Shown: positions 1 through 8,223 of the stretch, in pieces | How the letters are laid out: every line of letters begins with the position of its first letter | Position numbering within the stretch: position 1 is the first letter of the stretch | Origin: an uncultured Eubacteriales bacterium | GTDB taxonomy: Bacteria; Bacillota; Clostridia; Lachnospirales; CAZQDT01 | Assembly: GCA_964638835.1 (NCBI GenBank) | Contig: CAZWZB010000002.1 | Coordinates: forward strand, 19,785-83,784 | Reading direction: 5' to 3' | Length of the DNA: 64,000 bases | Position numbers and translations under genes: made by a program | Notes under the pieces: generated by a model | Database searches by the model: none | Seen by the model: only the letters and a program-made list of their open reading frames with translations | What the model was told of the DNA's origin: nothing

Positions 1-303
1 ATTTATAGTTAATATATTAGCACCTGCTTCCGCTATTAAATTAAGTACATTTGATAATAAACCAGCTATATCTTCAATTTGTAATGAAATAGTAATTGTT
101 TTACCTCTTGTATTTTCGTAAAACGGAAAAATATAATCGCGATATTTATAAAAAGCACTTCGACTTATACCAACTTGATTAACTGCTTCTTGTATTGTTT
201 TAATTTCACCTTTTTCTAAAATCTTTTTAGCTTCTACTACTTTTATAAATACTTCTGGAAGAACACTTTTGTCTATTATAAAAAAATTATCTTTTTCTTT
301 CAT
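1..303 (-). CDS. ACT domain-containing protein (UPF0735/PheB-like), truncated by the window edge
   Basis: My own reverse-strand translation. ATG at 303, with a GGAGGAG RBS (rc of 311-317). Sequence MKEKDNFFIIDKSVLPEVFIKVVEAKKILEKGEIKTIQEAVNQVGISRSAFYKYRDYIFPFYENTRGKTITISLQIEDIAGLLSNVLNLIAEAGANILTIN... is an HTH-like N-terminus followed by the start of an ACT fold. Absent from the ORF track because it is partial. Confidence 0.6.
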   Translation of the reverse strand, partial: MKEKDNFFIIDKSVLPEVFIKVVEAKKILEKGEIKTIQEAVNQVGISRSAFYKYRDYIFPFYENTRGKTITISLQIEDIAGLLSNVLNLIAEAGANILTIN

Positions 304-458
304 TATTGAACTCCTCCAATGTATTTAAACAATATACATTTGTGTTTACTACAAGGATATTACCATAATACAAATTTAATTTCAAGCTTTTTTTAATTTT
401 TATTTCTAAATTTATATTAAAAATAAATTAATATTTATTTTACATTAATAAAAAGATA

Positions 459-487
459 TTGACAAACTAACTCTACGTATGTAGAAT
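459..487 (+). promoter_or_regulatory. Sigma-A-type promoter with overlapping BlaI/CopY-type TACA/TGTA dyads
   Basis: TTGACA (459-464), 17-nt spacer, TAGAAT (482-487). The spacer and -10 carry the dyad CTACGTATGTAG, and TACACTATAATTGTA lies just downstream. These resemble TACAnnTGTA-type operators of the BlaI/MecI/CopY family. Confidence 0.55.
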
Positions 488-524
488 ATAAATATACACT
501 ATAATTGTAGAGTGGAGGAATATT

Positions 525-902
525 ATGAATAAGGAAAATAAAATTTCAGAAACTGAACTTGAAGTTATGAAAATTGTATGGAGAAACAATAAACAAACAA
601 CAAGTTCAGATATTGTAAAAGAGTTAAAAGTACTAAAAGGTTGGAAAGATACAACTATCTATACATTAATAAGTCGACTTGTAGAAAAAGGATTTTTAAT
701 ACAAGAAAAACAAAAACAAATTTCTTGTTATTCTCCAACTATATTTGAACATGAATACACACTTGAACAAACACAAGAAATGATTGATAAATTGTTTGGA
801 GGTGACGCAACTCAGTTGGTTTCTATGCTTTATAAGAATAAAAAAATCAAATCTAAAGATATAGATAATTTGAGAAAATATTGGGAGGAAAAAAATGAAT
901 AA
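525..902 (+). CDS. BlaI/MecI/CopY-family winged-helix transcriptional repressor
   Basis: 125 aa. The N-terminus 'SETELEVMKIVW...TSSDIVKEL...WKDTTIYTLISRLVEKGFL' is typical of the Penicillinase_R family. It overlaps the downstream M56 gene (ATGAATAA junction). Confidence 0.85.
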   Translation: MNKENKISETELEVMKIVWRNNKQTTSSDIVKELKVLKGWKDTTIYTLISRLVEKGFLIQEKQKQISCYSPTIFEHEYTLEQTQEMIDKLFGGDATQLVSMLYKNKKIKSKDIDNLRKYWEEKNE

Positions 903-1890
903 TGTTTTTATAAAATTTGTTTCTCTATCGTTTTCAGGCTCTATTATAGCGTTTATTTTATTCGCTATAATATCATTTTTTAAATTTAAAATATCTAAAG
1001 TGTGGCAGTATTATATTTGGATTATAGTTATTTTAAGATTAATAATTCCATTTTCACCCAAGAGTAATTTAATAAGCTATTTATATAATTTATTTGACAG
1101 TAATTTTACAACAGATATTTTATTAAATAATAAAAATATTTTTTTACTTAATATTCAAAAATATTTATGGGTTGGATGGTTATTTATTGCTTTTATATTA
1201 TTACTAAAAAAAATAATTAGTTATAATATTTATATTTATTTTATAAAACTAAACAGAAAAATTATAACTGATAAAAATATTATACAAATTTATTATACAA
1301 TATGTAATCAAATGGGTATTAAGAGAAAACCTTGTCTTTACTCATATAAGAGAATAAATTCACCTATGTTAGTAGGATTTTTTAAACCATATATTCTATT
1401 ACCTGAGGAATTACTTACAACAGCTGATAACCTACAATATATTTTATTACATGAATTAACTCACTATAGAAGATTAGATTTCATTTATAAATGGTTTACT
1501 CAATTAATTGCTTGTATACACTTTTTTAATCCTTTTATTTTTATTATTACAAATATGATTAATACATATTGCGAATTATCATGTGATGAAATAGTTATTA
1601 GAAACTTAGATGAACATAACAGAAAAAAATATGGTTCGGTGTTAATTGATAGTTTAGAGCTTAATATAAAACATAATCAACATCCTATACCATTTAAATT
1701 TTATAATGATATAAAACAAATAAAAGAAAGGCTTGAAGCTATTATAAGATATAAAAAGAGTTCTAATTTTATAATTATATTTACTATAATACTAACCATA
1801 ATAATTTGTTCTAGTGCTATTTACGTAGGTTCGTATAAAAGTAATTCATATTATTGTTGTTATAAAGCAATTATGTATTATATCAAATAA
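895..1890 (+). CDS. M56-family (BlaR1-like) membrane metallopeptidase, lacking a penicillin-binding sensor domain
   Basis: Multi-TM protein with the zincin motif 'LLHELTHYRRLD'. It is translationally coupled to the BlaI-like gene. At 331 aa it is too short to carry the BlaR1 C-terminal sensor. Confidence 0.8.
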   Translation: MNNVFIKFVSLSFSGSIIAFILFAIISFFKFKISKVWQYYIWIIVILRLIIPFSPKSNLISYLYNLFDSNFTTDILLNNKNIFLLNIQKYLWVGWLFIAFILLLKKIISYNIYIYFIKLNRKIITDKNIIQIYYTICNQMGIKRKPCLYSYKRINSPMLVGFFKPYILLPEELLTTADNLQYILLHELTHYRRLDFIYKWFTQLIACIHFFNPFIFIITNMINTYCELSCDEIVIRNLDEHNRKKYGSVLIDSLELNIKHNQHPIPFKFYNDIKQIKERLEAIIRYKKSSNFIIIFTIILTIIICSSAIYVGSYKSNSYYCCYKAIMYYIK

Positions 1891-1923
1891 CTTAATAATA
1901 TTATACTGAAATGGAGTGATGAT

Positions 1924-2949
1924 ATGTTGGAAACAGAAAGTAAAAAAGAATTATTTATAAACGGTATGACATGTCAAGGTTGTGAACTTAAAATAGAGAA
2001 TAAACTCAAGAGTTTATTAGGAGTAATAGATGTAAATGCAAACTATACACAGGGAAGTATTGATATTAAATTTAATTCTAATCAAATAAGTATTTCAGAA
2101 ATTATTAAAACTATAGAAAGTATTAATTATACAGTAAAATCTATAAATGAACAAAATATCAATGTACATAGTAAAAGTAATAAAAAATATTTTCAGATTA
2201 TACAATTATCAATAATTACAATTATTATACTTATGATTATTTTTCTTATAAGAAATTCTGTTGAATTTAATTCTCAATCACTAATTAATTCAAATATGAC
2301 ATATGGTATTTTATTTGTTAGTGGATTAATTAATTCTTTACATTGTATAGCAATGTGTGGTGGAATTAACTTATCAATATGTATGGCTCATAAATCTGAA
2401 AACGAAAACAAATTTTCTAATTTATTACCAAGTATATTTTATAATTGTGGAAGAGTTATCTCTTATACACTTATTGGTGGAATTGTAGGCATAATAGGTT
2501 CTGTAATTAATATAAGTTCAGGAATTAAAGGAATAGGAGCTATTATATCTGGTATTTTTATGATTTTAATGAGTTTAAATATGTTAAATATTTACCCAAT
2601 ATTAAATAAATTAATTCCTATGTTTCCTAAAATACTTGGAAACAAATTATATAATAAAATTGGTAAAAGTAGTCCATTTATTATAGGATTATTAAATGGT
2701 TTTATGCCATGTGGACCATTACAAAGTATGCAGATATATGCTTTAGGTACAGGAAGTTTTATATCAGGTGCATTAGCAATGCTTATTTTTAGTTTAGGCA
2801 CAGTTCCTTTAATGTTTGGATTTGGTGCTATTAGTTCATTATTAAGTAATACATTTACTAATAAAATAATGAAAGTTTGTTCAATATTAATAATGATTTT
2901 AGGAGTTACTATGCTTATACTTGGAATAAATTCAGCAACTCAATATTAG
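1924..2949 (+). CDS. Heavy-metal-associated (HMA) domain fused to a TauE/SafE / DsbD_2-like polytopic membrane protein
   Basis: N-terminal 'GMTCQGCELKIENKL' is the HMA metal-binding motif. The membrane part carries the conserved Cys motifs 'HCIAMCGGINLS' and 'MPCGPLQSMQ'. Confidence 0.7.
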   Translation: MLETESKKELFINGMTCQGCELKIENKLKSLLGVIDVNANYTQGSIDIKFNSNQISISEIIKTIESINYTVKSINEQNINVHSKSNKKYFQIIQLSIITIIILMIIFLIRNSVEFNSQSLINSNMTYGILFVSGLINSLHCIAMCGGINLSICMAHKSENENKFSNLLPSIFYNCGRVISYTLIGGIVGIIGSVINISSGIKGIGAIISGIFMILMSLNMLNIYPILNKLIPMFPKILGNKLYNKIGKSSPFIIGLLNGFMPCGPLQSMQIYALGTGSFISGALAMLIFSLGTVPLMFGFGAISSLLSNTFTNKIMKVCSILIMILGVTMLILGINSATQY

Positions 2950-2986
2950 AATTTAATTTGTAAATACATAAAAGGAGTATACTATT

Positions 2987-3553
2987 ATGATTAAGAAGAT
3001 AAAAAAATATTTTATTATAATATCAAGTATAATTGTATTAGGAGTTGTAATAATATCAATATTAAAATTTATAGATAATAGAAATACAACAAAAGTTGAA
3101 AATTTAATTATTACAAGTGAAGCTTTTAAAAATGGAGGAACAATACCAATTCAATATACAGGTAGGGGTGAAGATATTTCACCTGAATTAAAATTATCTC
3201 AACTTTCAGAAGAAGCCAAAACAATTGCTATAATAATGGACGATATTGACTATCCTTTTAAAATATTTACTCACTGGGTAATCTGGAACATTCCAGCACA
3301 GAATATTATACCAGAGAAAATACCATATGGAGATGTTGTTGAGTCTTTAGGAAATGCAATACAAGGAATTTCATATGGGAAACATAAATATAGAGGCCCA
3401 AAACCTCCTTTTGGAAGTCATCGTTATAAATTTAATGTATATGTTTTGGATTGTGAATTAAATTTAAATAGCACTTCTGGTAAAAAGGAATTATTAAAAA
3501 GCATGGAAGGGCATATTATTCAATATGGTTCTATAATAGGAAGGTTTAAATAA
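2987..3553 (+). CDS. YbhB/YbcL-family PEBP (Raf-kinase-inhibitor-like) protein with an N-terminal membrane anchor
   Basis: 'GGTIPIQYTGRGEDISPEL', 'HWVIWNIP' and 'PPFGSHRYKFNVYVLD' are PEBP signatures. The N-terminus is hydrophobic. Confidence 0.8.
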   Translation: MIKKIKKYFIIISSIIVLGVVIISILKFIDNRNTTKVENLIITSEAFKNGGTIPIQYTGRGEDISPELKLSQLSEEAKTIAIIMDDIDYPFKIFTHWVIWNIPAQNIIPEKIPYGDVVESLGNAIQGISYGKHKYRGPKPPFGSHRYKFNVYVLDCELNLNSTSGKKELLKSMEGHIIQYGSIIGRFK

Positions 3554-3555
3554 AA

Positions 3556-3597
3556 AGTAAGTGTATTTACAAAACGTTGTAAATACACTTACTTTTT
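3556..3597 (+). terminator. Intrinsic terminator after the PEBP gene
   Basis: 17-bp perfect stem AGTAAGTGTATTTACAA/TTGTAAATACACTTACT followed by TTTTT. Confidence 0.75.
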
Positions 3598-3631
3598 CTC
3601 TTATAATTACCTCATTGTTTTTTGTTTACTA

Positions 3632-3659
3632 TTGATTTTACCAAAAAGTGTGATATAAT
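3632..3659 (+). promoter_or_regulatory. Sigma-A-type promoter for the AI-2E transporter gene
   Basis: TTGATT (3632-3637), 16-nt spacer, extended -10 TGATATAAT (TATAAT at 3654-3659). Confidence 0.55.
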
Positions 3660-3708
3660 CGAAAGGATTATTTAGTTTCATTAAAAATAAATTATAGGTG
3701 GTTGAAAA

Positions 3709-4848
3709 ATGAGTCATGAACAACTTGATAAACAAATATTAAAATATTTATTTTATGCAACAGGATTTATACTTTTTATAATATACTTTAGCTCAATTAT
3801 GAATATAGTTACATTGTTATTTAGTATTACATTTCCTTTAATTTTAGGTTTTGTTATTGCTTATATATTGAATATAATTATAACTAAGGTTGAAAAAGTT
3901 TATTTTCCAAAATCAAGGAACAAAATTATAAATCAAACAAAAAAAATAATGGTGTTTCTTCTATCTATTATTATAATATTACTTACCTTAATTGCTATTA
4001 TAAATATTGTTTTACCTGAAATATTTAAAACTTTTTCTACAATAACATCTAGTTTGCCTGAATTTATTGATAATATCAATAAATTGATTATTAAGTATGA
4101 AAATTATTTTCCTGCTATTGCAGAACAAATATGGTCACTTGATATAGATTGGAGCAGTATAGGTAAAAATATTGCTGATTATGCTTCAAAAGGTATTAGT
4201 AGCTTATTTAATTCTTCATTTACGATTGTTTCTAGTATAACGGGAGGTATATTTGACTTTGTAATGGCATTTGCTTTTGCAATTTACTTAGTTTTTGGTA
4301 AAGAAAGATTAATAGGTCAACTTAAATGTTTGCAAAAGGCTTATATGAAAAAATCTTGGATAGATAAATTTAATATGGTTTTGTCATTAGCTAATGAATC
4401 ATTTTCAAATTATATAATAGGACAGGTTACAGAAGCTGTTATATTGGGAACGCTCTGTAGTCTTGGCATGTGGATATTAAGATTTCCTTATGCTCTTACA
4501 ATTGGTGTATTTGTTGGTATTACAGCTTTAATACCTATTGTAGGTGCATATTTAGGTGCAGGTGTTGGTGTATTTCTTATTTTGATGATTGACCCAATAA
4601 AAGCTTTATTTTTTCTTATATTTATTTTAATACTTCAACAACTTGAAAATAATTTAATTTATCCAAGAGTAGTTGGTACATCAATTGGACTTCCGGGTAT
4701 GTGGGTGCTTGCAGCAGTTGTTGTTGGAGGAGGTTTATTTGGAGTTATTGGTATGATAATTGGTGTTCCATTTGCAGCAACAGTTTATAAATTAATACAA
4801 ATAGATGTAAGAAAAAGATTAAATTATAAAAAGAAAAGATTTAACTAA
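3709..4848 (+). CDS. AI-2E family transporter (PerM/YhhT-like permease)
   Basis: 379-aa polytopic membrane protein. The C-terminal conserved block 'LQQLENNLIYPRVVGTSIGLPGMWVLAAVVVGG' is typical of the family. Confidence 0.8.
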   Translation: MSHEQLDKQILKYLFYATGFILFIIYFSSIMNIVTLLFSITFPLILGFVIAYILNIIITKVEKVYFPKSRNKIINQTKKIMVFLLSIIIILLTLIAIINIVLPEIFKTFSTITSSLPEFIDNINKLIIKYENYFPAIAEQIWSLDIDWSSIGKNIADYASKGISSLFNSSFTIVSSITGGIFDFVMAFAFAIYLVFGKERLIGQLKCLQKAYMKKSWIDKFNMVLSLANESFSNYIIGQVTEAVILGTLCSLGMWILRFPYALTIGVFVGITALIPIVGAYLGAGVGVFLILMIDPIKALFFLIFILILQQLENNLIYPRVVGTSIGLPGMWVLAAVVVGGGLFGVIGMIIGVPFAATVYKLIQIDVRKRLNYKKKRFN

Positions 4849-5099
4849 AAATCAAGCTACTTTATATTTTTTTATAAATTAAAATTAATATGGATAAGGG
4901 CTGTTAACTATATTATAACTTGATTTATAAAAATTATTGCATTTGTAATATTTTTATGTTATATTAACTTATTATTATATATTAATGCATTAAAGACTAA
5001 ATATTTAACTTTTATGACAATCAATATTTAATATAATACAGGGATTAATGAAAACTAGATTGATAGTAAATTATAAATATGACAGATGCTATATAAAAT

Positions 5100-5131
5100 A
5101 AGAATATCTACAAAATTTTGTAGATATTCTT
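5100..5131 (-). terminator. Hairpin downstream of abrB
   Basis: AAGAATATCTACAAAA/TTTTGTAGATATTCTT perfect palindrome, T-rich on the minus strand. Confidence 0.5.
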
Positions 5132-5176
5132 ATAACTTAAGTTCTTAAAAGAAACTATATTTTAATATAGTTAAAA

Positions 5177-5440
5177 TTATTCGTTGATTTTTAAGCCGGC
5201 TACTCTAGCCATATCAAGTATAGAAGCTTTAGATACTTTTTTACCTTTATAATCTATAAGGTCATCCATACTACCACTGAAAATATCAGCTGGTTCGTAT
5301 TTTTTAAGTATAATTCTTTCATCATCAACAAAGATTTCTAATGCATCTTTTTCTTTGATGTCAAGATTTCTTCTTAATTCGATTGGTAATACCACTCTTC
5401 CTAATTCATCAACTTTTCTAACTATTCCTGTAGATTTCAT
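5177..5440 (-). CDS. abrB: AbrB-family transition-state regulator
   Basis: 'MKSTGIVRKVDELGRVVLPIELRRNLDIKEKDALEIFVDDERIILKKYEP' is the canonical AbrB/SpoVT swapped-hairpin N-domain. 87 aa. Confidence 0.9.
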   Translation of the reverse strand: MKSTGIVRKVDELGRVVLPIELRRNLDIKEKDALEIFVDDERIILKKYEPADIFSGSMDDLIDYKGKKVSKASILDMARVAGLKINE

Positions 5441-5821
5441 TTAATATTCCTCCTAAATTTTATAATTAATTTTTTTGAATGTTCCTTTTAATTAATAAGG
5501 AAAATTCATATAAGATATTTTTCTATGAGAAATTTATCTTAATAGTATTTATTAAGTATTACTAAGTATTATTCTCACATTTAATTAAATAAAAAGATTT
5601 ATATGTCTAATATATAAATTTAAGTCTCTACTAAGATTAAATAGATTTAAATTATCTTTTATCTATTTAATTATTTTAGTTAGTATCTCTAACGAAAATA
5701 TACAATTTATTTATATAAATAGAGAATTATTAATTTAACTTTATTGAATATTTTAATAACTGAATAAAATTTTTAATTATTTGCAATTCAATTTGATTTA
5801 AATTAATATCTTGATACATAT

Positions 5822-5828
5822 TTCGACA
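5822..5828 (-). promoter_or_regulatory. Spo0A-box-like heptamer (TGTCGAA) upstream of abrB
   Basis: The plus strand reads TTCGACA, so the minus strand reads TGTCGAA, which fits the 0A-box consensus TGNCGAA. It lies about 385 nt upstream of the abrB start. It is a single copy, and its position relative to the unknown promoter is unverified. Confidence 0.25.
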
Positions 5829-6059
5829 TTTTTCTTCGTTTCTATAATACCATTCCTTACAATATAAGTCAAACCTTTTTTTAATAAAATTAAAATTTTT
5901 TTATATTTTATTTTAATTTTTACACATGTCAAAAATAAACAATCCCATATATAATTGATATTTCAAGCATTTAAGCATTAAATAAGAATAAAAAGAGTAT
6001 ATTATATAATTAATGTTAATATATAATTTAATCAAAATATAATTAGAAAATCGGAAGAT

Positions 6060-6122
6060 ATTTAAAATATTTCTGAAATTATTTAAAATGTTTCTGAACT
6101 ATTTTAAATATATTCCTGATTA
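6060..6122 (+). repeat. Three tandem ~21-nt imperfect repeats directly upstream of the spmA RBS
   Basis: ATTTAAAATATTTCTGAAATT / ATTTAAAATGTTTCTGAACTA / TTTTAAATATATTCCTGATTA. Confidence 0.7.
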
Positions 6123-6139
6123 AAAAGGAGGTTTTTTTA

Positions 6140-6721
6140 ATGCTAAATTATATTTGGGGATTTATGATAATAATTGGAGTATTAGTGGGAATATTTACAG
6201 GTAAAACGGCTGAAATAACACAATCTATTATAAGTTCATCTAAAGATGCTGTACAATTGTCCATAACAATGCTTGGAATAGTATCTACTTGGATGGGCAT
6301 TATGAAAATAGCAGAAAAAGCAGGAATTATAGATGATTTATCTAAAAAGATGAGACCAATATTAAAATTCTTATTTCCTGATATACCAACAGAACACGCT
6401 GCTAATAAATATATAGCAACAAATATTATTGCAAACTTATTAGGACTTGGTTGGGCTGCTACCCCTGCTGGTCTTATGGCTATGAAAGAAATGCAGAAAC
6501 TTAATAAGATTAAAGATACTGCTAGTAATTCTATGTGTATGTTTTTAATAATAAATATTTCTTCAATACAATTAATATCAATTAACATCATAGCTTATTG
6601 TACACAATATGGAGCTAAAAATGCTACAGATATAATATTACCTACTCTTATAGCTACATCTATTTCAACATTTATAGGAATTATATATGCTAAGCTTAAA
6701 GAGAGGGGATATAAACAATGA
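6140..6721 (+). CDS. spmA: Spore maturation protein A (nucleoside-recognition-domain membrane protein)
   Basis: 193 aa, with an AAAGGAGG RBS. It overlaps the next gene by 4 nt. The pairing and sizes match the SpmA/SpmB pair. Confidence 0.75.
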   Translation: MLNYIWGFMIIIGVLVGIFTGKTAEITQSIISSSKDAVQLSITMLGIVSTWMGIMKIAEKAGIIDDLSKKMRPILKFLFPDIPTEHAANKYIATNIIANLLGLGWAATPAGLMAMKEMQKLNKIKDTASNSMCMFLIINISSIQLISINIIAYCTQYGAKNATDIILPTLIATSISTFIGIIYAKLKERGYKQ

Positions 6722-7248
6722 ATTTTATAAATACATTTTCAACCATATTAATACCAGTAATATTTGTAGCAATTCTTTTATATGGATACTCTAATAAAAT
6801 AAATGTATATGACACTTTTATTGATGGTGCTAAAGACGGAATAGGTGTTGTACTTAATATTTTACCTACACTTATAGGGCTTATGTTAGCAGTTGGAGTT
6901 TTAAGAGCTTCAGGAGTTTTAGATATATTAACTAAACTTATAGAACCAATAGCAAAATTAATTCATTTTCCATCTGAAGCAATACCAATAACTTTAATGA
7001 AACCAATTTCCTCATCTGCTGCTACAGGATTATTTATAGATATATTAAAAAAGTATGGAGGAGATGCATTTATAAGTAAATACATAGCTGTTATGCTTGG
7101 AAGTACAGAAACAATATTTTATACTATGTCTGTATACTTTACAAGTGTAAATATTATTAAAACAAGACATACTCTAAAAGGTGCATTAATATCAAATATA
7201 GCAGGAATATTTGTAGCATTATACATATCTTTATTATTTTTTTCTTAA
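6718..7248 (+). CDS. spmB: Spore maturation protein B
   Basis: 176-aa membrane protein translationally coupled to spmA. 'MKPISSSAATGL' is an SpmB-like block. Confidence 0.75.
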   Translation: MNFINTFSTILIPVIFVAILLYGYSNKINVYDTFIDGAKDGIGVVLNILPTLIGLMLAVGVLRASGVLDILTKLIEPIAKLIHFPSEAIPITLMKPISSSAATGLFIDILKKYGGDAFISKYIAVMLGSTETIFYTMSVYFTSVNIIKTRHTLKGALISNIAGIFVALYISLLFFS

Positions 7249-7266
7249 AACAAATTCTTTATAAAC

Positions 7267-7319
7267 GGAATATAAAATGAGTTCGATAAAATTAACTTAT
7301 CGAACTCATTTTATATTCC
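7267..7319 (+). terminator. Long hairpin terminator after spmB
   Basis: 23-bp stem GGAATATAAAATGAGTTCGATAA/TTATCGAACTCATTTTATATTCC followed by ATTTATATTTT. Confidence 0.65.
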
Positions 7320-7326
7320 ATTTATA

Positions 7327-7608
7327 TTTTGAAATATTTTAGAAATTCGTCAAAATATTTTATTTTATTTACAATTCTATCTTAACCCTGTAATTTTCAA
7401 GCTCTAAAAGCATTCATTACTTTCACACTATTTTTTAAGTATAAATGCTCTCATGTTTAATTATTTATTTATAATCTGCGAATCCATTGTAAAACCAATA
7501 AAAATAACATCAACGAAAAAATATTAAGAGGCAAAATCTCTTTACACTTTTGCAAAAGTGTAAAGAGATTTTAAATTTAATTTTATAAAATCTATCTTTA
7601 TAAACACT
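7327..7608. repeat. Dispersed ~280-nt intergenic repeat, copy A
   Basis: Aligns by eye with 17421-17697 and 56688-56963. Shared blocks: TTCGTCAA..TTTTATTTTATTT, AACCCTGTAATTTTCAAGCT, TTACACTATTTTTTAAGTATA, CTGCGAAT.CATTGTAAAA.CAATAAAAATAA, and the terminal hairpin AAAATCTCTTTACACTT..AAGTGTAAAGAGATTTT (7533-7572). Confidence 0.85.
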
Positions 7609-7741
7609 AAATAATATTTTAAATGAATTATGTTATTTTTTTTTATATGATTTTTAAATTTGGATATAGTAAATTGATTAGATTTGAGTTAAAATATATT
7701 AAAGAATATATAATAAATAATCTAAATTGGAGTGAATTTTA

Positions 7742-8209
7742 ATGACTGTATGGATAGATAATCAAACAGATAATTGTATTTTTGAAGATTATGAAAATCT
7801 TTTAAGGGAAATAGTTTTTTTATGTATTAAAGAAGAAAAATATTCTGAAAATATTGAAGTAAGTATATCTATAGTATATAATGAACAAATACAAGCTTTA
7901 AACAAAGAATTTAGAAATATAGATAAACCTACAGATGTACTTTCTTTTCCTATGATTGAATTTGAAAATAATAATTTTAATTTAAACATAGATACAAATG
8001 AAATTATATTAGGAGATATAATAATATCTATAGAAAAAGCTATTGAACAAGCTATTGAATTTGGGCACTCATTACAAAGAGAAATAGCATTTCTAACAGC
8101 TCATAGTATGTTTCATTTAATGGGATATGACCACCAAAATGATAAAGATGAATATATAATGAAACAAAAGCAAGAAAAAATCTTAACAAGTATTAATTTG
8201 ACTAGATAA
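7742..8209 (+). CDS. ybeY: rRNA maturation endoribonuclease YbeY
   Basis: 155 aa with the metal-binding motif 'HSMFHLMGYDH'. It sits in the ybeY-cdd-era synteny block. Confidence 0.9.
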   Translation: MTVWIDNQTDNCIFEDYENLLREIVFLCIKEEKYSENIEVSISIVYNEQIQALNKEFRNIDKPTDVLSFPMIEFENNNFNLNIDTNEIILGDIIISIEKAIEQAIEFGHSLQREIAFLTAHSMFHLMGYDHQNDKDEYIMKQKQEKILTSINLTR

Positions 8210-8223
8210 TAGGGGGTCTTATC

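Noticed and set aside
6148-6591. 147-aa antisense ORF within spmA. Analogous antisense or alternate-frame ORFs lie at 2592-2801, 7789-7989, 8972-9154, 11799-12041, 15599-15964, 18539-18733, 18813-19034, 19083-19478, 20559-20765, 25540-25803, 26553-26879, 27200-27394, 29467-29664, 30232-30447, 35327-35554, 36812-37138, 39361-39603, 42934-43119, 44772-44999, 47047-47235, 55738-55935 and 57731-57925.
   Set aside because: Each lies entirely inside a gene with clear family signatures in another frame or on the other strand. In AT-rich DNA long antisense ORFs arise by chance. None has a convincing RBS or a recognisable motif.
7346-7380. A reverse-strand TTGACG -35-like box in each copy of the 280-nt repeat, considered as a bona fide outward-facing promoter.
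   Set aside because: The best -10 candidates at 17-nt spacing are only AAAATA or AAAAAT. Copy A would fire into the 3' end of a convergent gene. I report it as a conserved motif but not as a promoter feature.
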